64,000 nucleotides of DNA, taken from the NCBI GenBank assembly GCA_030704615.1, contig CM060734.1, positions 806,001 through 870,000 on the forward strand, given 5' to 3'. Under the pieces are notes generated by a model that was not told the origin of the DNA, did no database searches, and was given only the letters and a program-made list of their open reading frames with translations. The DNA comes from Takakia lepidozioides (lineage: Eukaryota; Plantae; Bryophyta). Positions 24,221 through 35,428 of the stretch are shown in pieces (position 1 is the first letter of the stretch; each line of letters starts with the position of its first letter). Made by a program: the position numbers and the translations under genes.

Positions 24221-26002
24221 CTAAAGAAGGCGCAAGTTTCTTTGCCCCTTTGGATGGAAGTCACCCTGTGTAATCACATGCCCCAGGAACTCCACTTTTG
24301 TGACCCCGAATTCGCACTTTGAAGCTTTGGCATACAGCTTCCCTTCCCGCAATTTCTGGAACATCCTTTTGAGGTGCTCCAGGTGCTCCTCCTTTGTTTT
24401 CGAATACACCAAGATGTCGTCGATGTACACAATCACAAAGTCATCCAACCACTCCTGGAAAAGGCTGTTCATCAGCGTGCTAAAGGTCACGGGAGCGTTG
24501 GTGAGTCCAAAAGGCATCACCAAGAACTCATATGAACCATACTTTGTCCTGCACGCGGTCTTCTCCTCATCTCCTTTCGCCACTCGAATTTGATAATAGC
24601 CGGAGCGCAGATCGATCCGGCTGAAATACTTCGCTCCTGCCAACCGATCGAAAAGGTCGTCGATCCTTGGCAAAGGGTACCGGTTTTTTATAGTCACCTT
24701 ATTCAAAGCCCTGTAATCGACACACATCCGCAGCGTCCCATCCTTCTTGTCTGCGAATAGCACCGGGGCTCTGTAAGGTGACTTACTCGGCCGGATGTAC
24801 CCCTTTGACATTAGATCTTTGAGCTGAGTCTTTAGCTCGATCAACTCTCTGTGGCTCAACCGGTAGGGCGCCTTGGCAGGCGATTCCGATCCCGGTACCA
24901 TGTGCCCAGGCTCCCTGCAATTGAAACACACTCCATCAAAGGTCGCCTTCTGTCCGCCATAAGCCGCTCCACCCACTTTTCCTTTCGAAGCACCGGGTGC
25001 CGCCTTGACTTGTGAAGGCCCTCCCTTCGATTTCCACGTGCCATTGTCGCCGCGTGGCCTATCCCACTTCTTTTCCGGTCGGAAGGAGTCACCTTCCCGC
25101 CGGGTCTTCTTGTGGTTCAGCTCCGTACGGCCTTGTCTTTCACCCTTAGGGACATCCGAGAAACATTCAGCCCTCTCAATTGCCTCGTTCAAAGTCTTAG
25201 GTGGCTTCTCCTCCAACTTCCGCCTGGCCCATGGGGCCAGTCCCGCCACAAAGTTGAAGACCATTTCTGGTTTTGCCATGTCCGCGACTTCGAGCAACAG
25301 CACATTGAAAGCCTGGACATATCCCCAAATGTCATCTGTTTGCTTCAAATTCCTCATCTTGTCCCGGGCGAGCCAGGACGCGTTGAGGGGCACAAATTGC
25401 CTCTTCATCAATTCTTTGAACCCACTCCAGTTCAAGGTTTCCAGGCTTGGACCTCGGTCGTGAAGGCGTTTCTGCCACCATTGTTGAGCATAGCCCCTCA
25501 AATAGGTGGGAGCCACTTCCACCCGATCCTCGTCACTCAACTTGGCTGCCCGGAAGTATTGCTCCAGCTCCAAGAGCCAGGTATTGAGTGCCTTCCGATT
25601 TCGGACGCCCTCGAAGGTGTCGGATTCCTTCGGCTTCACCTTAAACTTTGCCTTAGTGGAAGTGGTATTAGCCGCCTTCAACACGTCTTTCAACGTCCCG
25701 CCAAATTGCGCCAACAACCATTCCCATAAGGCTGCCGGCATGGGAGGCATCTGTTGGTCGGTAGGAGCTCTCAAGGATTCCTCAGGCTCCGACTCCTCAG
25801 ATTCCTCTCGCTCTTGAGCGGCCTCGTTTTCGAAAACACGCATTGCTTCCTCAAACGGCCGCCTCGGTGACACGTCGCCCCCATCGGGCTCACCAGGATC
25901 ATCATCTTTTGGGCCGTTCCGCTTTCGTTTTGGCTTGCCCGACCCCATGATGAGGCCAATCCCAAGGACGATCGCGTACTGAACTCTAAGCTCTGATACC
26001 AA
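24221..26002 (-). CDS. Gag fused in frame to RT; protease, RNase H and integrase deleted
   Basis: 593-aa ORF: gag, broken zinc knuckle [10 protein letters not shown] joined to [11 protein letters not shown] motifs MPFGLTNAP and YIDD. Confidence 0.88.
   Translation of the reverse strand: MVSELRVQYAIVLGIGLIMGSGKPKRKRNGPKDDDPGEPDGGDVSPRRPFEEAMRVFENEAAQEREESEESEPEESLRAPTDQQMPPMPAALWEWLLAQFGGTLKDVLKAANTTSTKAKFKVKPKESDTFEGVRNRKALNTWLLELEQYFRAAKLSDEDRVEVAPTYLRGYAQQWWQKRLHDRGPSLETLNWSGFKELMKRQFVPLNASWLARDKMRNLKQTDDIWGYVQAFNVLLLEVADMAKPEMVFNFVAGLAPWARRKLEEKPPKTLNEAIERAECFSDVPKGERQGRTELNHKKTRREGDSFRPEKKWDRPRGDNGTWKSKGGPSQVKAAPGASKGKVGGAAYGGQKATFDGVCFNCREPGHMVPGSESPAKAPYRLSHRELIELKTQLKDLMSKGYIRPSKSPYRAPVLFADKKDGTLRMCVDYRALNKVTIKNRYPLPRIDDLFDRLAGAKYFSRIDLRSGYYQIRVAKGDEEKTACRTKYGSYEFLVMPFGLTNAPVTFSTLMNSLFQEWLDDFVIVYIDDILVYSKTKEEHLEHLKRMFQKLREGKLYAKASKCEFGVTKVEFLGHVITQGDFHPKGQRNLRLL
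25990..26001 (-). promoter_or_regulatory. Primer binding site for initiator tRNA-Met (copy A)
   Basis: TGGTATCAGAGC two bases from the LTR end. Confidence 0.95.
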
Positions 26003-26536
26003 GTATCGCGCACCTCACTTCGGTAAGCTCCTCCCTCAAGTCATAGTTACTCGCTTGATGCGCGCGCCTAACCAATTTGGAGCTTCGGCTGCTCACCAGG
26101 ACATAACGGTCCCCCCCTTGATCTCCTAAAGAACCCTCCAACGATTTAGAACCAGTGGAATTCCCTTTGGTAGTTGGCAGTCCGGAACAGCTCCCCAGTC
26201 TTTGCTCGCTTTCTGGCTCGCTCGCTTACTCACTAGCTTTTGGTCACCAACGGGCTTGCACCGTTCTCGGGGTTACTACTCCCTATATATACTTCTGTAG
26301 CTGTCCGCGAGGGTTTCACAAACAACCATGCCATTTTATGGCGAACCACCACGAACACCCTCGACTCTCGGTGATGAGTCGTGGTGAGTCTTGGCCCACT
26401 CACCACGGCCCCTATGGACCGTGATGAGTCCCAAGACTCCCCACGACTCCCACCACGAGGTCTCCGCCCCAGGGTGAGTCCTATGCCACCCCCACTAAGT
26501 CTCGCTAAGCTACCACCACCCCTTGTGGAGCCACCC

Positions 26537-27263
26537 TGTCGCGCACCTCACTTCGGTAAGCTCCCCTTCAAGTCATAGTTACTCGCTTTGATGCGCGCGC
26601 CTGACTCCCAACCTGGCCGCCGGGCCAACTCGGAGCTTCGGCTGCTCACCGGGACATAACGGTCCCCCTTCGCTCTCCCGAAAGACCCTCCACCTATTTG
26701 GGCCTAGTGGAATTCCCTTTGGTAGATGGCAGTCCGGAACAGCTCCCCACTCTTTGGTCGCTTTCCGGCTCGCTTGCTTACTCACTAGTTTTTGGACACC
26801 AACGGGCTTGCACCGTTCTCGGGGTTACTACTCCCTATATATACTTCTGTAGCTGTCCGCGGGGGTTTCACAACCAGCCATGCCATTTTATGGCGAACCA
26901 CCACGAAAACCCTCGACTCCCGGTGATGAGTCGCGGTGAGTCTTGGCCCACTCACCACGGCCCCTATGGACCGTGATGAGTCCCAAGACTCCCCACGACT
27001 TCCACCACGAGGTCTCCGCCCCCATGGTGAGTCCTATGCCACCCCCACTAAGTCCCGCTAAGCTACCACCACCCCTTGTGGAGCCACCCCCACCGCAACC
27101 CGGTGTGCGGGGCTCCACCTAGTGAGCGCCTCCGCCTCCTTGGGTGCCTTGGGCACTCAAGGGTGCTTCAGCCCCCCATACCTATCGCCGCTGCTGCCCC
27201 CACCACAGGGGCAACCTCTCATGTGTCCCGACCCCGCTGCCCTCAAGGCAAAGGGCCGCGACA
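26537..27263 (-). repeat. 3' LTR of copy B
   Basis: TGTCGCG...CGCGACA termini; PPT follows on the + strand as CACACCCCTACCAA. Confidence 0.93.
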
Positions 27264-28166
27264 CACACCCCTACCAACAGGGAGTCGATGTCCTCATCGA
27301 CTTGTCCATTTTGTAGAAACAAACATCCAAGCTGTGGCGTCCCACATCAAGGAGTTTGTTTCCGCACCATGGCGTCCCATGGCAAAGAACCAAACCCCAC
27401 ACTTGACTCTACTCTCCACTAGCTAGTTCGGCCGGCTTCCTCCAAGTCCCGGCCAAGGGTGGAGCCTCTCAAGCTCCTCCCAGTGCACTCTTCTTGGCCT
27501 ACTTTAAGGCCAAGGAACGATCCTCCCCGAGGATCGAATCGCCTTACTGCAACAACATTGCTTGCGACCGCTCATGATGCCGCTTTTGGCATCATCTTGA
27601 GCAAGGGTTCCCTGGAACCCTCTTTGACTAGGAAGATAACCTTGAACCAACCGTGCGCCCCAATCACTACAATTGGGTCCGCCTTGGAATGCTGGCCTGA
27701 GGTACGGGAACACGCCGAAGCCGCACTACGACTTCGTCCCGAGGCTACACGATTATAGTATGTGAACGGGAGCACGTAGCTTCCGCGTTAGCCCGCACTA
27801 CAAGGCAACCCCCTCGGTAGCGCAGTTATAGTACGCGCACGCGCCAGGTGCGCACTAGCACGTGAACTCCCAAAGAAGGCGCAAGTTTCCTTGCCCCTTT
27901 GATGGGGGTCACCCGATTTCGGCACTACGCAAACACACGATTAACCCAATTTACCTCTCCCACTTTTATAAGCTAGCATGCATTCTACACACTAGCCAAC
28001 CATACCATGCATCACCATTCCAAACAAAATAGGACGCACAACATTTGGAACCATTTCATTTATAGCACGTTTTGTACAATACAAGTTTTTGCAATCGGAT
28101 TCCTAAGCTAGCTAAGCCGGGCTAAGCATGCATTTCCTCCCCCATGCTCCAAGGTTGATGTCCCCA

Positions 28167-31100
28167 TCAACGCTTCTTCCGCTTTTGAGGTCGCCCTTCG
28201 AAAGCTGCAACCGCCTCGGATGCGTTTCCCATTTCTGAGGCACGCACCCAAGATGCCTCCACATGATGATAGCCCTTCCATTTGACGAGATACTCCGTTT
28301 CTCGGTTCCTGAACCTCCTCGACTTAAGTATTGCCTCCACCTCGTACTCAGGTTCATTTTCATGATCCAACAGCATAGGTGGCGGACGCAACACTTGATG
28401 CCGATTCGGACGCGCTTCATCTTTGAAGTAAGGCTTCAAAAGGGAGACATGGAATACTGGGTGCACCTTGCTGTTTGCCGGCAGCTCCAATTCATACACA
28501 TCCTCATTCATAACCTTCCGAATGCGAAAGGGTCCCGCATACGGAGGTACGAACTTCGGACTCACTTCCGGAGGTAGTCGGAAATTCTTGATGTTCAACC
28601 AGACCTCTGTGCCTGCCTCAAACTTCACTTCCCTCCGCTTCCGATTCGCCTGCCTTTCATACCGTTTCCTAGCTTTGACAATATTGTACTTTGCGAGCTT
28701 CAACAAACGCTCGCGTTCTTCCAGTACCGCCGCTACTTCCGGTTCCTCAACGTCCTGGGCGGCCCAACTTGTCGGCACCAGAGGTGCTTTTCCATAGACC
28801 AATACGAAAGGGGAAACTCCCGTTGCGGAGTGTTCTGTGTTATTATAACAGAACTCTGCCGCGTCTAAGTGTTCCATCCAGTCTGATTGGTCTGCCGACA
28901 CGTAATTCCGCAAGAATTGCTTCACTACGGAATTCACTCTTTCCGTTTGGCCGTCCGTCGTAGGTCGGAAGGCGGTGCTCATCTTCAGCCTCATCCCCAT
29001 CTTCTTCCAAAGTGCTCTCCAGAATTTACTCGTAAACTTTGGATCGCGGTCCGAGACAATATCCTTCGGGACTCCATGATGCTTTAAGACGTGGGCGAAG
29101 TAAAGTCGTCATGTCTCCTGCGCCGTTGCCGTCTCCTTGGTGGGGATGAAATGGCCCATTTTACTGAACCTATCCACCACCACCATGATTGCATCGAATC
29201 CTTTTGACAACGACATAACAGTCATGAAATCCATCGAGACGCTTTCCCAAGTCCCCTCTGGAATCGGCAAGGGTTGTAACAGCCCCGCTTATTTTTTGTA
29301 CTCGCTCCGGTTTTGTTGGCATGTGGTGATGTCTTGACATACTCCTCTGCCTCCTCCCTCAGTTTGGGCCAGAAATACCCTTTCTTCAAGAGTGCCGCAG
29401 TGCGCTTGGCTCCGCCGTGGCCCGCAAGCGGGCTATCATGACATTATCTCAAGAGGCTATCTCTGATCCCTCCCTTTGGCATGTAGAGACGTTTTTGCTT
29501 ATACCGGAGCAGTCCATTTTGCAAGTGGAACTGCGATTTAACCCCCATCCTCAAGTCCTGCATCACGGACTTCGCCAGCTCATCCTTCCGGCAAGCCTTC
29601 CGAATCTTCCTTTGGAGTGCCGACTCGCCCTTGTACACCAACAAGAGCTGCTGCTTTCTACTTAAAGCATCGGCCACCACATTGTCCCGTCCCGGTTTGT
29701 ACTGGATATCCACGTCGAACACCGCCAAAGTATCTTGCCACCTAAGTTGTTTTGGGGACAACTTGGGCTGCGTGGCAAAATACTTCACTGTGACATTGTC
29801 CGTGAACACCTTCACTGGGTTGGAACCAACATAGTGGCGCCAAAGCTCAAGGCAATGCACCACCGCCTTCATCTCTTTTTTGTGCGTCGGCCACCGTCGC
29901 TCCACTTCATTCAGTTTCTTACTTTCGTAAGCCACTGGACGTCCATCTTGCATAAGTACACCCCCAATTGTGAAGTCCGACGCATCTGTATGAATCTCAA
30001 ATGGACGATCGAACTCCGGGATATTCAAGACTGGAGCTTCCGCCATCCGCTGCTTCAATTCAGCAAAAGCTTGGCCACAAAAGATGTTCCATGCCCAGAC
30101 TTTAGATTTACACAGAAGGTCCGACATCGGCCCCGCGATCTTGGCAAAATTTCTCACATACTTCCGGTAATAGGAGGCGAGTCCTAGGAAGGATCGCACT
30201 CCCGGGACCGAAGTCGGAGGCTCCCAGTCCAAGATCGCCCTCACCTTCTGTCATCCATTTTGATCCCATCCTGTGTAATCACATGCCCCAGGAACTTCAC
30301 TTTTGTGACCCCGAATTCGCGCTTTGAAGCTTTGGCATACAGCTTCCCTTCTCGCAATTTTTGGAACACCCTTTTGAGGTGCTCCAGGTGCTCCTCCTTT
30401 GTTTTCGAGTACACCAAGATGTCGTCGATGTACACGATCACAAAGTCATCCAACCACTCCTGGAAAAGGCTGTTCATCAGCGTGCTAAATGTCGCTGGTG
30501 CATTGGTGAGCCCAAAAGGCATCACCAAGAACTCATATGAACCATACCTTGTCATGCACGCGGTCTTCTCCTCATCTCCTTCCGCCACCCGAATTTGATG
30601 ATAGCCGGAGCGCAAGTCGATCCGGCTGAAATACTTCGCTCCTGCCAACCGATCGAAGAGGTTGTCGATCCTTGGCAAAGGGTACCGGTTTTTGATAGTC
30701 ACCTTATTCAGAGCCCTGTAATCGACACACATCCGCAGCGTCCCATCCTTCTTGTCTGCGAATAGCACCGGGGCTCCGTAAGGTGACTTACTCGGCCGGA
30801 TGTACCCCTTTGACATTAGATCCTTGAGCTGAGTCTTCAGCTCGACCAACTCCCTGTGGCTTAACCGGTAGGGTGCCTTGGCAGGCGGTTCCGTTCCCGG
30901 TATCACCTCAATCTTGTGGTCAACTCCTCTTCGCGGTGGCAAGCCGCTTGGTAAATCCTCCGGCATCACATCCTGGTATTTCTCCAAAATCCCCTTGATC
31001 CAATCTGGGCTCGGCTCCCCATCGCCTTCTCCCTTCACTTCTCTAATGTAAAGCAAAAACTGGGGTTCGTGTGTCTCCTCCACGGCCCACTCCCTTGCTG

Positions 31101-31383
31101 ACAAAAGGTTTATTCGCCCTCCCACGGATTTGGGCGTTTCTGACACTCGTAAAACCTCGCCACCATTCCCACATGGCAGCGTGACTACTCTCTTGCGGCC
31201 ATCTATGACCGCTCCGGATTTGCTCAAAAAGGTCATCCCCAAAATGAGATCCACTCCATCGATCTCGCAGATGGTGAAGTTCTCACGTCCCTCCCAACTC
31301 CCCAGTTGAAGAGGAACATCAATAACCAACCTTGTCGCCAAGTGTGGTTCTCCTTTGGCAGAATGCAGAGGCCCCCACGTCAC
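28167..31383 (-). pseudogene. pol: pol: protease C-terminus, RT, RNase H, integrase and C-terminal chromodomain; several frameshifts and stops
   Basis: ORFs 30241-31383 (YIDD), 29444-30244 (TDASD) and 28167-29000 (GPF; EYEVEAILKSR..YLVKWKGY..ASW chromodomain). Confidence 0.95.
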
Positions 31384-32719
31384 TTGTCGGGAGTCCCAGC
31401 TTTTGTGCCGTTGCAGGTGTCATGAAGGAGTGCGACGCTCCTATGTCCACCAACAACGACACATTAGTTCCGGATATTATCCCATCCACGAACAATAACT
31501 GACTCCCTTTTCGTAAGGCGCCAGTTTCCTGATACAACTCACAAGAAAATTTGCCTACCTTGCAAGTCCTGGCGACCACCGCTTCCACCAAGCGACTGAT
31601 GGTATCTTCCGACAGCTCCGTGGTTGCCCGAGTCATGTTCAATTGTCGAGGTTTTGTGCACTTCTTGGCCATGTGCCCGGGCTCCCCGCAATTGAAACAC
31701 ACTCCATCAAAGGTCGCCTTCTGTCCGCCATAAGCCGCTCCACCCACTTTTCCTTTCGAAGCACCGGGTGCCGCCTTGACTTGTGAAGGCCCTCCCTTCG
31801 ATTTCCACGTGCCATTGTCGCCGCGTGGCCTATCCCACTTCTTTTCCGGTCGGAAGGAGTCACCTTCCCGCCGGGTCTTCTTGTGGTTCAGCTCCGTACG
31901 GCCTTGTCTTTCACCCTTAGGGACATCCGAGAAACATTCAGCCCTCTCAATTGCCTCGTTCAAAGTCTTAGGTGGCTTCTCCTCCAACTTCCGCCTGGCC
32001 CATGGGGCCAGTCCCGCCACAAAGTTGAAGACCATTTCTGGTTTTGCCATGTCCGCGACTTCGAGCAACAGCACATTGAAAGCCTGGACATATCCCCAAA
32101 TGTCATCTGTTTGCTTCAAATTCCTCATCTTGTCCCGGGCGAGCCAGGACGCGTTGAGGGGCACAAATTGCCTCTTCATCAATTCTTTGAACCCACTCCA
32201 GTTCACGGTTTCCAGGCTTGGACCTCGGTCGTGAAGGCGTTTCTGCCACCATTGTTGAGCATAGCCCCTCAAATAGGTGGGAGCCACTTCCACCCGATCC
32301 TCGTCACTCAACTTGGCTGCCCGGAAGTATTGCTCCAGCTCCAAGAGCCAGGTATTGAGTGCCTTCCGATTTCGGACGCCCTCGAAGGTGTCGGATTCCT
32401 TCGGCTTCACCTTAAACTTTGCCTTAGTGGAAGTGGTATTAGCCGCCTTCAACACGTCTTTCAACGTCCCGCCAAATTGCGCCAACAACCATTCCCATAA
32501 GGCTGCCGGCATGGGAGGCATCTGTTGGTCGGTAGGAGCTCTCAAGGATTCCTCAGGCTCCGACTCCTCAGATTCCTCTCGCTCTTGAGCGGCCTCGTTT
32601 TCGAAAACACGCATTGCTTCCTCAAACGGCCGCCTCGGTGACACGTCGCCCCCATCGGGCTCACCAGGGTCATCATCTTTTGGGCCGTTCCGCTTTCGCT
32701 TTGGCTTGCCCGACCCCAT
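31319..32719 (-). CDS. gag: Gag with CCHC knuckle plus protease N-terminus (active-site DTG reads DIG)
   Basis: [44 protein letters not shown]. Confidence 0.92.
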   Translation of the reverse strand: MGSGKPKRKRNGPKDDDPGEPDGGDVSPRRPFEEAMRVFENEAAQEREESEESEPEESLRAPTDQQMPPMPAALWEWLLAQFGGTLKDVLKAANTTSTKAKFKVKPKESDTFEGVRNRKALNTWLLELEQYFRAAKLSDEDRVEVAPTYLRGYAQQWWQKRLHDRGPSLETVNWSGFKELMKRQFVPLNASWLARDKMRNLKQTDDIWGYVQAFNVLLLEVADMAKPEMVFNFVAGLAPWARRKLEEKPPKTLNEAIERAECFSDVPKGERQGRTELNHKKTRREGDSFRPEKKWDRPRGDNGTWKSKGGPSQVKAAPGASKGKVGGAAYGGQKATFDGVCFNCGEPGHMAKKCTKPRQLNMTRATTELSEDTISRLVEAVVARTCKVGKFSCELYQETGALRKGSQLLFVDGIISGTNVSLLVDIGASHSFMTPATAQKLGLPTSDVGASAFCQRRTTLGDKVGY

Positions 32720-32760
32720 GATGAGGCCAAACCCAAGGACGATCGCGTACTGAACTCAGG

Positions 32761-32772
32761 GCTCTGATACCA
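32761..32772 (-). promoter_or_regulatory. Primer binding site for initiator tRNA-Met (copy B)
   Basis: TGGTATCAGAGC adjacent to the 5' LTR. Confidence 0.95.
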
Positions 32773-32774
32773 AG

Positions 32775-33507
32775 TGTCGCGCACTTCACTTCGGTAAGCT
32801 CCCCTTCAAGTCATAGTTACTCGCTTTGATGCGCGCGCCTGACTCCCAACCTGGCCGCCGGGCCAACTCGGAGCTTCGGCTGCTCACCGGGATATAACGG
32901 TCCCCCTTCGCTCTCCCGAAAGACCCTCCACCTATTTGGGCCTAGTGGAATTCCCTTTGGTAGATGGCAGTTCGGAACAGCTCCCCACTCTTTGGTCGCT
33001 TTCCGGCTCGCTTGCTTACTCACTAGTTTTTGGACACTAACGGGCTTGCACCGTTCTCGGGGTTACTACTCCCTATATATACTCCTGTAGCTGTCCGCAG
33101 GGGTTTCACAACCAGCCATGCCATTTTATGGCGAACCACCACGAAGACCCTCGACTCCCGGTGGTGAGTCGCGGTGAGTCTTGGCCCTCTCACCACGACC
33201 CCATTGGGCCGTGATGAGTCCCAAGACTCCCCACGACTCCCACCACGAGGTCTCCACCCTATGGTGAGTCCTATGCCACCCCCACTAAGACCCGCTAAGC
33301 TACCACCACCCCTTGTGGAGCCACCCCCACCGCAACCCGGTGTGCAGGGCTCCACCTAGTGAGCGCCTCCGCCTCCTTGAGTGCCTTGGACACTCAAGGG
33401 TGCTTCAGCCCCCCCCCCCATACCTATCGCTGCCGCTGCCCCCACCACAGGGGCAGCCCCTCATGTGTCCCGACCCCCCCCCGCCCTCAAGGCAAAGGGC
33501 CGCGACA
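32775..33507 (-). repeat. 5' LTR of copy B
   Basis: Homologous to 26537-27263 with scattered substitutions. Confidence 0.93.
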
Positions 33508-33687
33508 CACCCCCACCGCAACCCGGTGTGCGGGGCTCCACCTAGTGAGCGCCTCTGCCTCCTTGAGTGCTTTGGGCACTCAAGGGTGCTTCAGCCCCCC
33601 ATACCTATCGCTGCCACTGCCCCACCACAGGGGCAGCCCCTCTTGTGTCCCGACCCCCTGCCCTCAAGGCAAAGGGCCGCGACACAC

Positions 33688-34545
33688 CGTTTTTGCCCCA
33701 TCCAAAAGGCTCTTTTTGATATCTCTTCAGACATCAACAGAAAGCATGGAGGGTAATTGAAAGGGATTGCGTACATAGCAAAAATGGGGTGCTTTGAAGC
33801 ACATCGTTTTTGCCCTTCCCAAAAGGCTCTTTTTGAGGTCTCTTCAGACAACAATAAAAAGCATGGAGGGTACTTGAATTGGATTGAATACATAGCAGAA
33901 ATTGTGTGCTTCAAAGCATCTAGAAAAGAGGTCAGACAGGATGGTGTGCCGCGCCGCACACTGTTTTTCCAACCAACCACACCACACCACTTTCCTACAT
34001 TGTTGTGAACCCCAAACAACAACCCCATCACCTGCGCGGCCTTGCTTTCATAGTATGCATCCTCCACATCTTCCTCCATGTCCTTTGTCTGGACCTCCTC
34101 TGTCTCTACATGTGGGTTCTCGACAACCACTCTGTGCATCTTCCCCTACAATGTTTCGACAGACGGGTCAGTATCCGGATTGCAGAGATGGTGTGCGGTG
34201 CCGCACACCACTTTCCTACATTGTTGTGAACCCCAAACAGCAGCCTCCATTCCTACCCTTCCAGTACACATTCAGAGGGAGCTTAAACGGTGTGCAGCGT
34301 CACAGACCGTTTGTGCATTCTTCTCTATCCTCTTCAACATTCCATGGAACCTTCTCCATGAGCTTGACGGGGTCCCGAACTCGGTGTTTTTCAAGGGGCA
34401 GAAAGGGTGTACGGCGCCGCACACCGTTTTCCCAACCAACTAGGAGGATAATTTTATTTTTTATTTTTTATTTTTTTATTTTTTCCCTTGTTGGTTGGAA
34501 AATGGGTGTGCGGCGCCGCACACCGTTTTCCCAACCTTCCAGGGG
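33688..34545. repeat. About 127-bp tandem units followed by five GGTGTGCGGCGCCGCACACC-type palindromes
   Basis: CGTTTTTGCCC..AAAAGGCTCTTTTTGA recurs at 33688 and ~33805; palindromes near 33944, 34190, 34290, 34406 and 34505. Confidence 0.75.
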
Positions 34546-34959
34546 GAAAGTTTTTTTGTAAAACAAGGTAACGAACTCCTGACACTTAAAATGGCATGTG
34601 TGATTTCATTGGTGGCAGTTGTGCTCTCTGATTGACATGCACCTTCCCCAATAGTTTGTAGACAAACCAGTCTTCCATTGATAGACTCCTGCAAGCTAAA
34701 GCAAGGGAATAAAAGTGGCGTAACTAAGCACTTTCCACATTTTATGGGCAATGCTGAACATAGTATCTGGACTTCGGAGAGTCAAGTTCTTAACAAGACT
34801 AGCAGGGTTTATAAGATTCTCCAGCTCACAGGAATTAGCTTCCAGAGTTATAAGTTTGGTGTATATTTATCTATTTCAAGAGAATGATTGCAGGACATGA
34901 GTACATTCTCTCTCTCTCTCTCTCTCTCTTCCAGTCTGTGACATGGGAGGGACCATCAT

Positions 34960-35340
34960 GGATGAACCTCAAGCGTTTACCCACCCTCGGCACTAGACTG
35001 AAATTTAAACTTAGGGCGGGAAGTCTACCTTTGAACAGCACAGCTGCAGAGAGGAAAGAGGGATTGCAATTGCCCGTTTGGTTAGGAAACCTGAAGGCTA
35101 CTCATTTTCTGGTTCATTGTCCTGGATACTCTCATGAGAGAGACGCCCTCTTAAAATCCATCAAGGGAATTGTGCCGGAACCTCTGTTTACCAACTTTGA
35201 AAGTCTCACCAGCTGGCAGATCAAACGGGTCAATCTCTTGTAATTTAGATTGTGTGGGAGCACTATGGCCAAATCAGATGCTGTGCTGGTTCTTGGGGGA
35301 TGTATGGCCCACTGGGATTATGCTCATGACATAGCCCGTC
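34960..35340 (+). mobile_element. 3'-end fragment of a LINE (C-terminal zinc-knuckle region)
   Basis: GTRLKFKLRAGSLPL...HFLVHCPGYSHER. Confidence 0.65.
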
Positions 35341-35428
35341 CGCCCTGCAAAAAGAAACCCCGGAAATTTATGAGTAACGATTTTCTCTTTCTGATCTATC
35401 GTTAAATTTCCCTCTGTATTGGTTGCAG

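Larger units (their letters stand above)
26537..33507 (-). mobile_element. Full-length Ty3/Gypsy chromovirus copy B (Galadriel-like), TSD CACCC
   Basis: LTRs 26537-27263 and 32775-33507; CACCC at 26532-26536 and 33508-33512; domain order gag-PR-RT-RH-INT-chromodomain. Confidence 0.96.
22888..33684 (-). mobile_element. Ty3/Gypsy chromovirus copy A (internally deleted); its 5' LTR is split by nested copy B
   Basis: 3' LTR 22888-23613; 5' LTR halves 26004-26536 and 33513-33684; flanks rejoin as GCTTTGAAGCACAC/CGTTTTTGCCC, one unit of the adjacent tandem repeat; TSD CACAC on the left, only CAC on the right. Confidence 0.92.

Noticed and set aside
25005-25817. Plus-strand ORFs antisense to gag (also 31776-32588)
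   Set aside because: Shadow frames of gag codon usage, with no independent coding signal.
26537-28132. A 1.6-kb LTR ending at the purine tract near 28133
   Set aside because: The CACCC TSD and the TGTCGCG/CGCGACA termini define ~730-bp LTRs; the remainder is internal.
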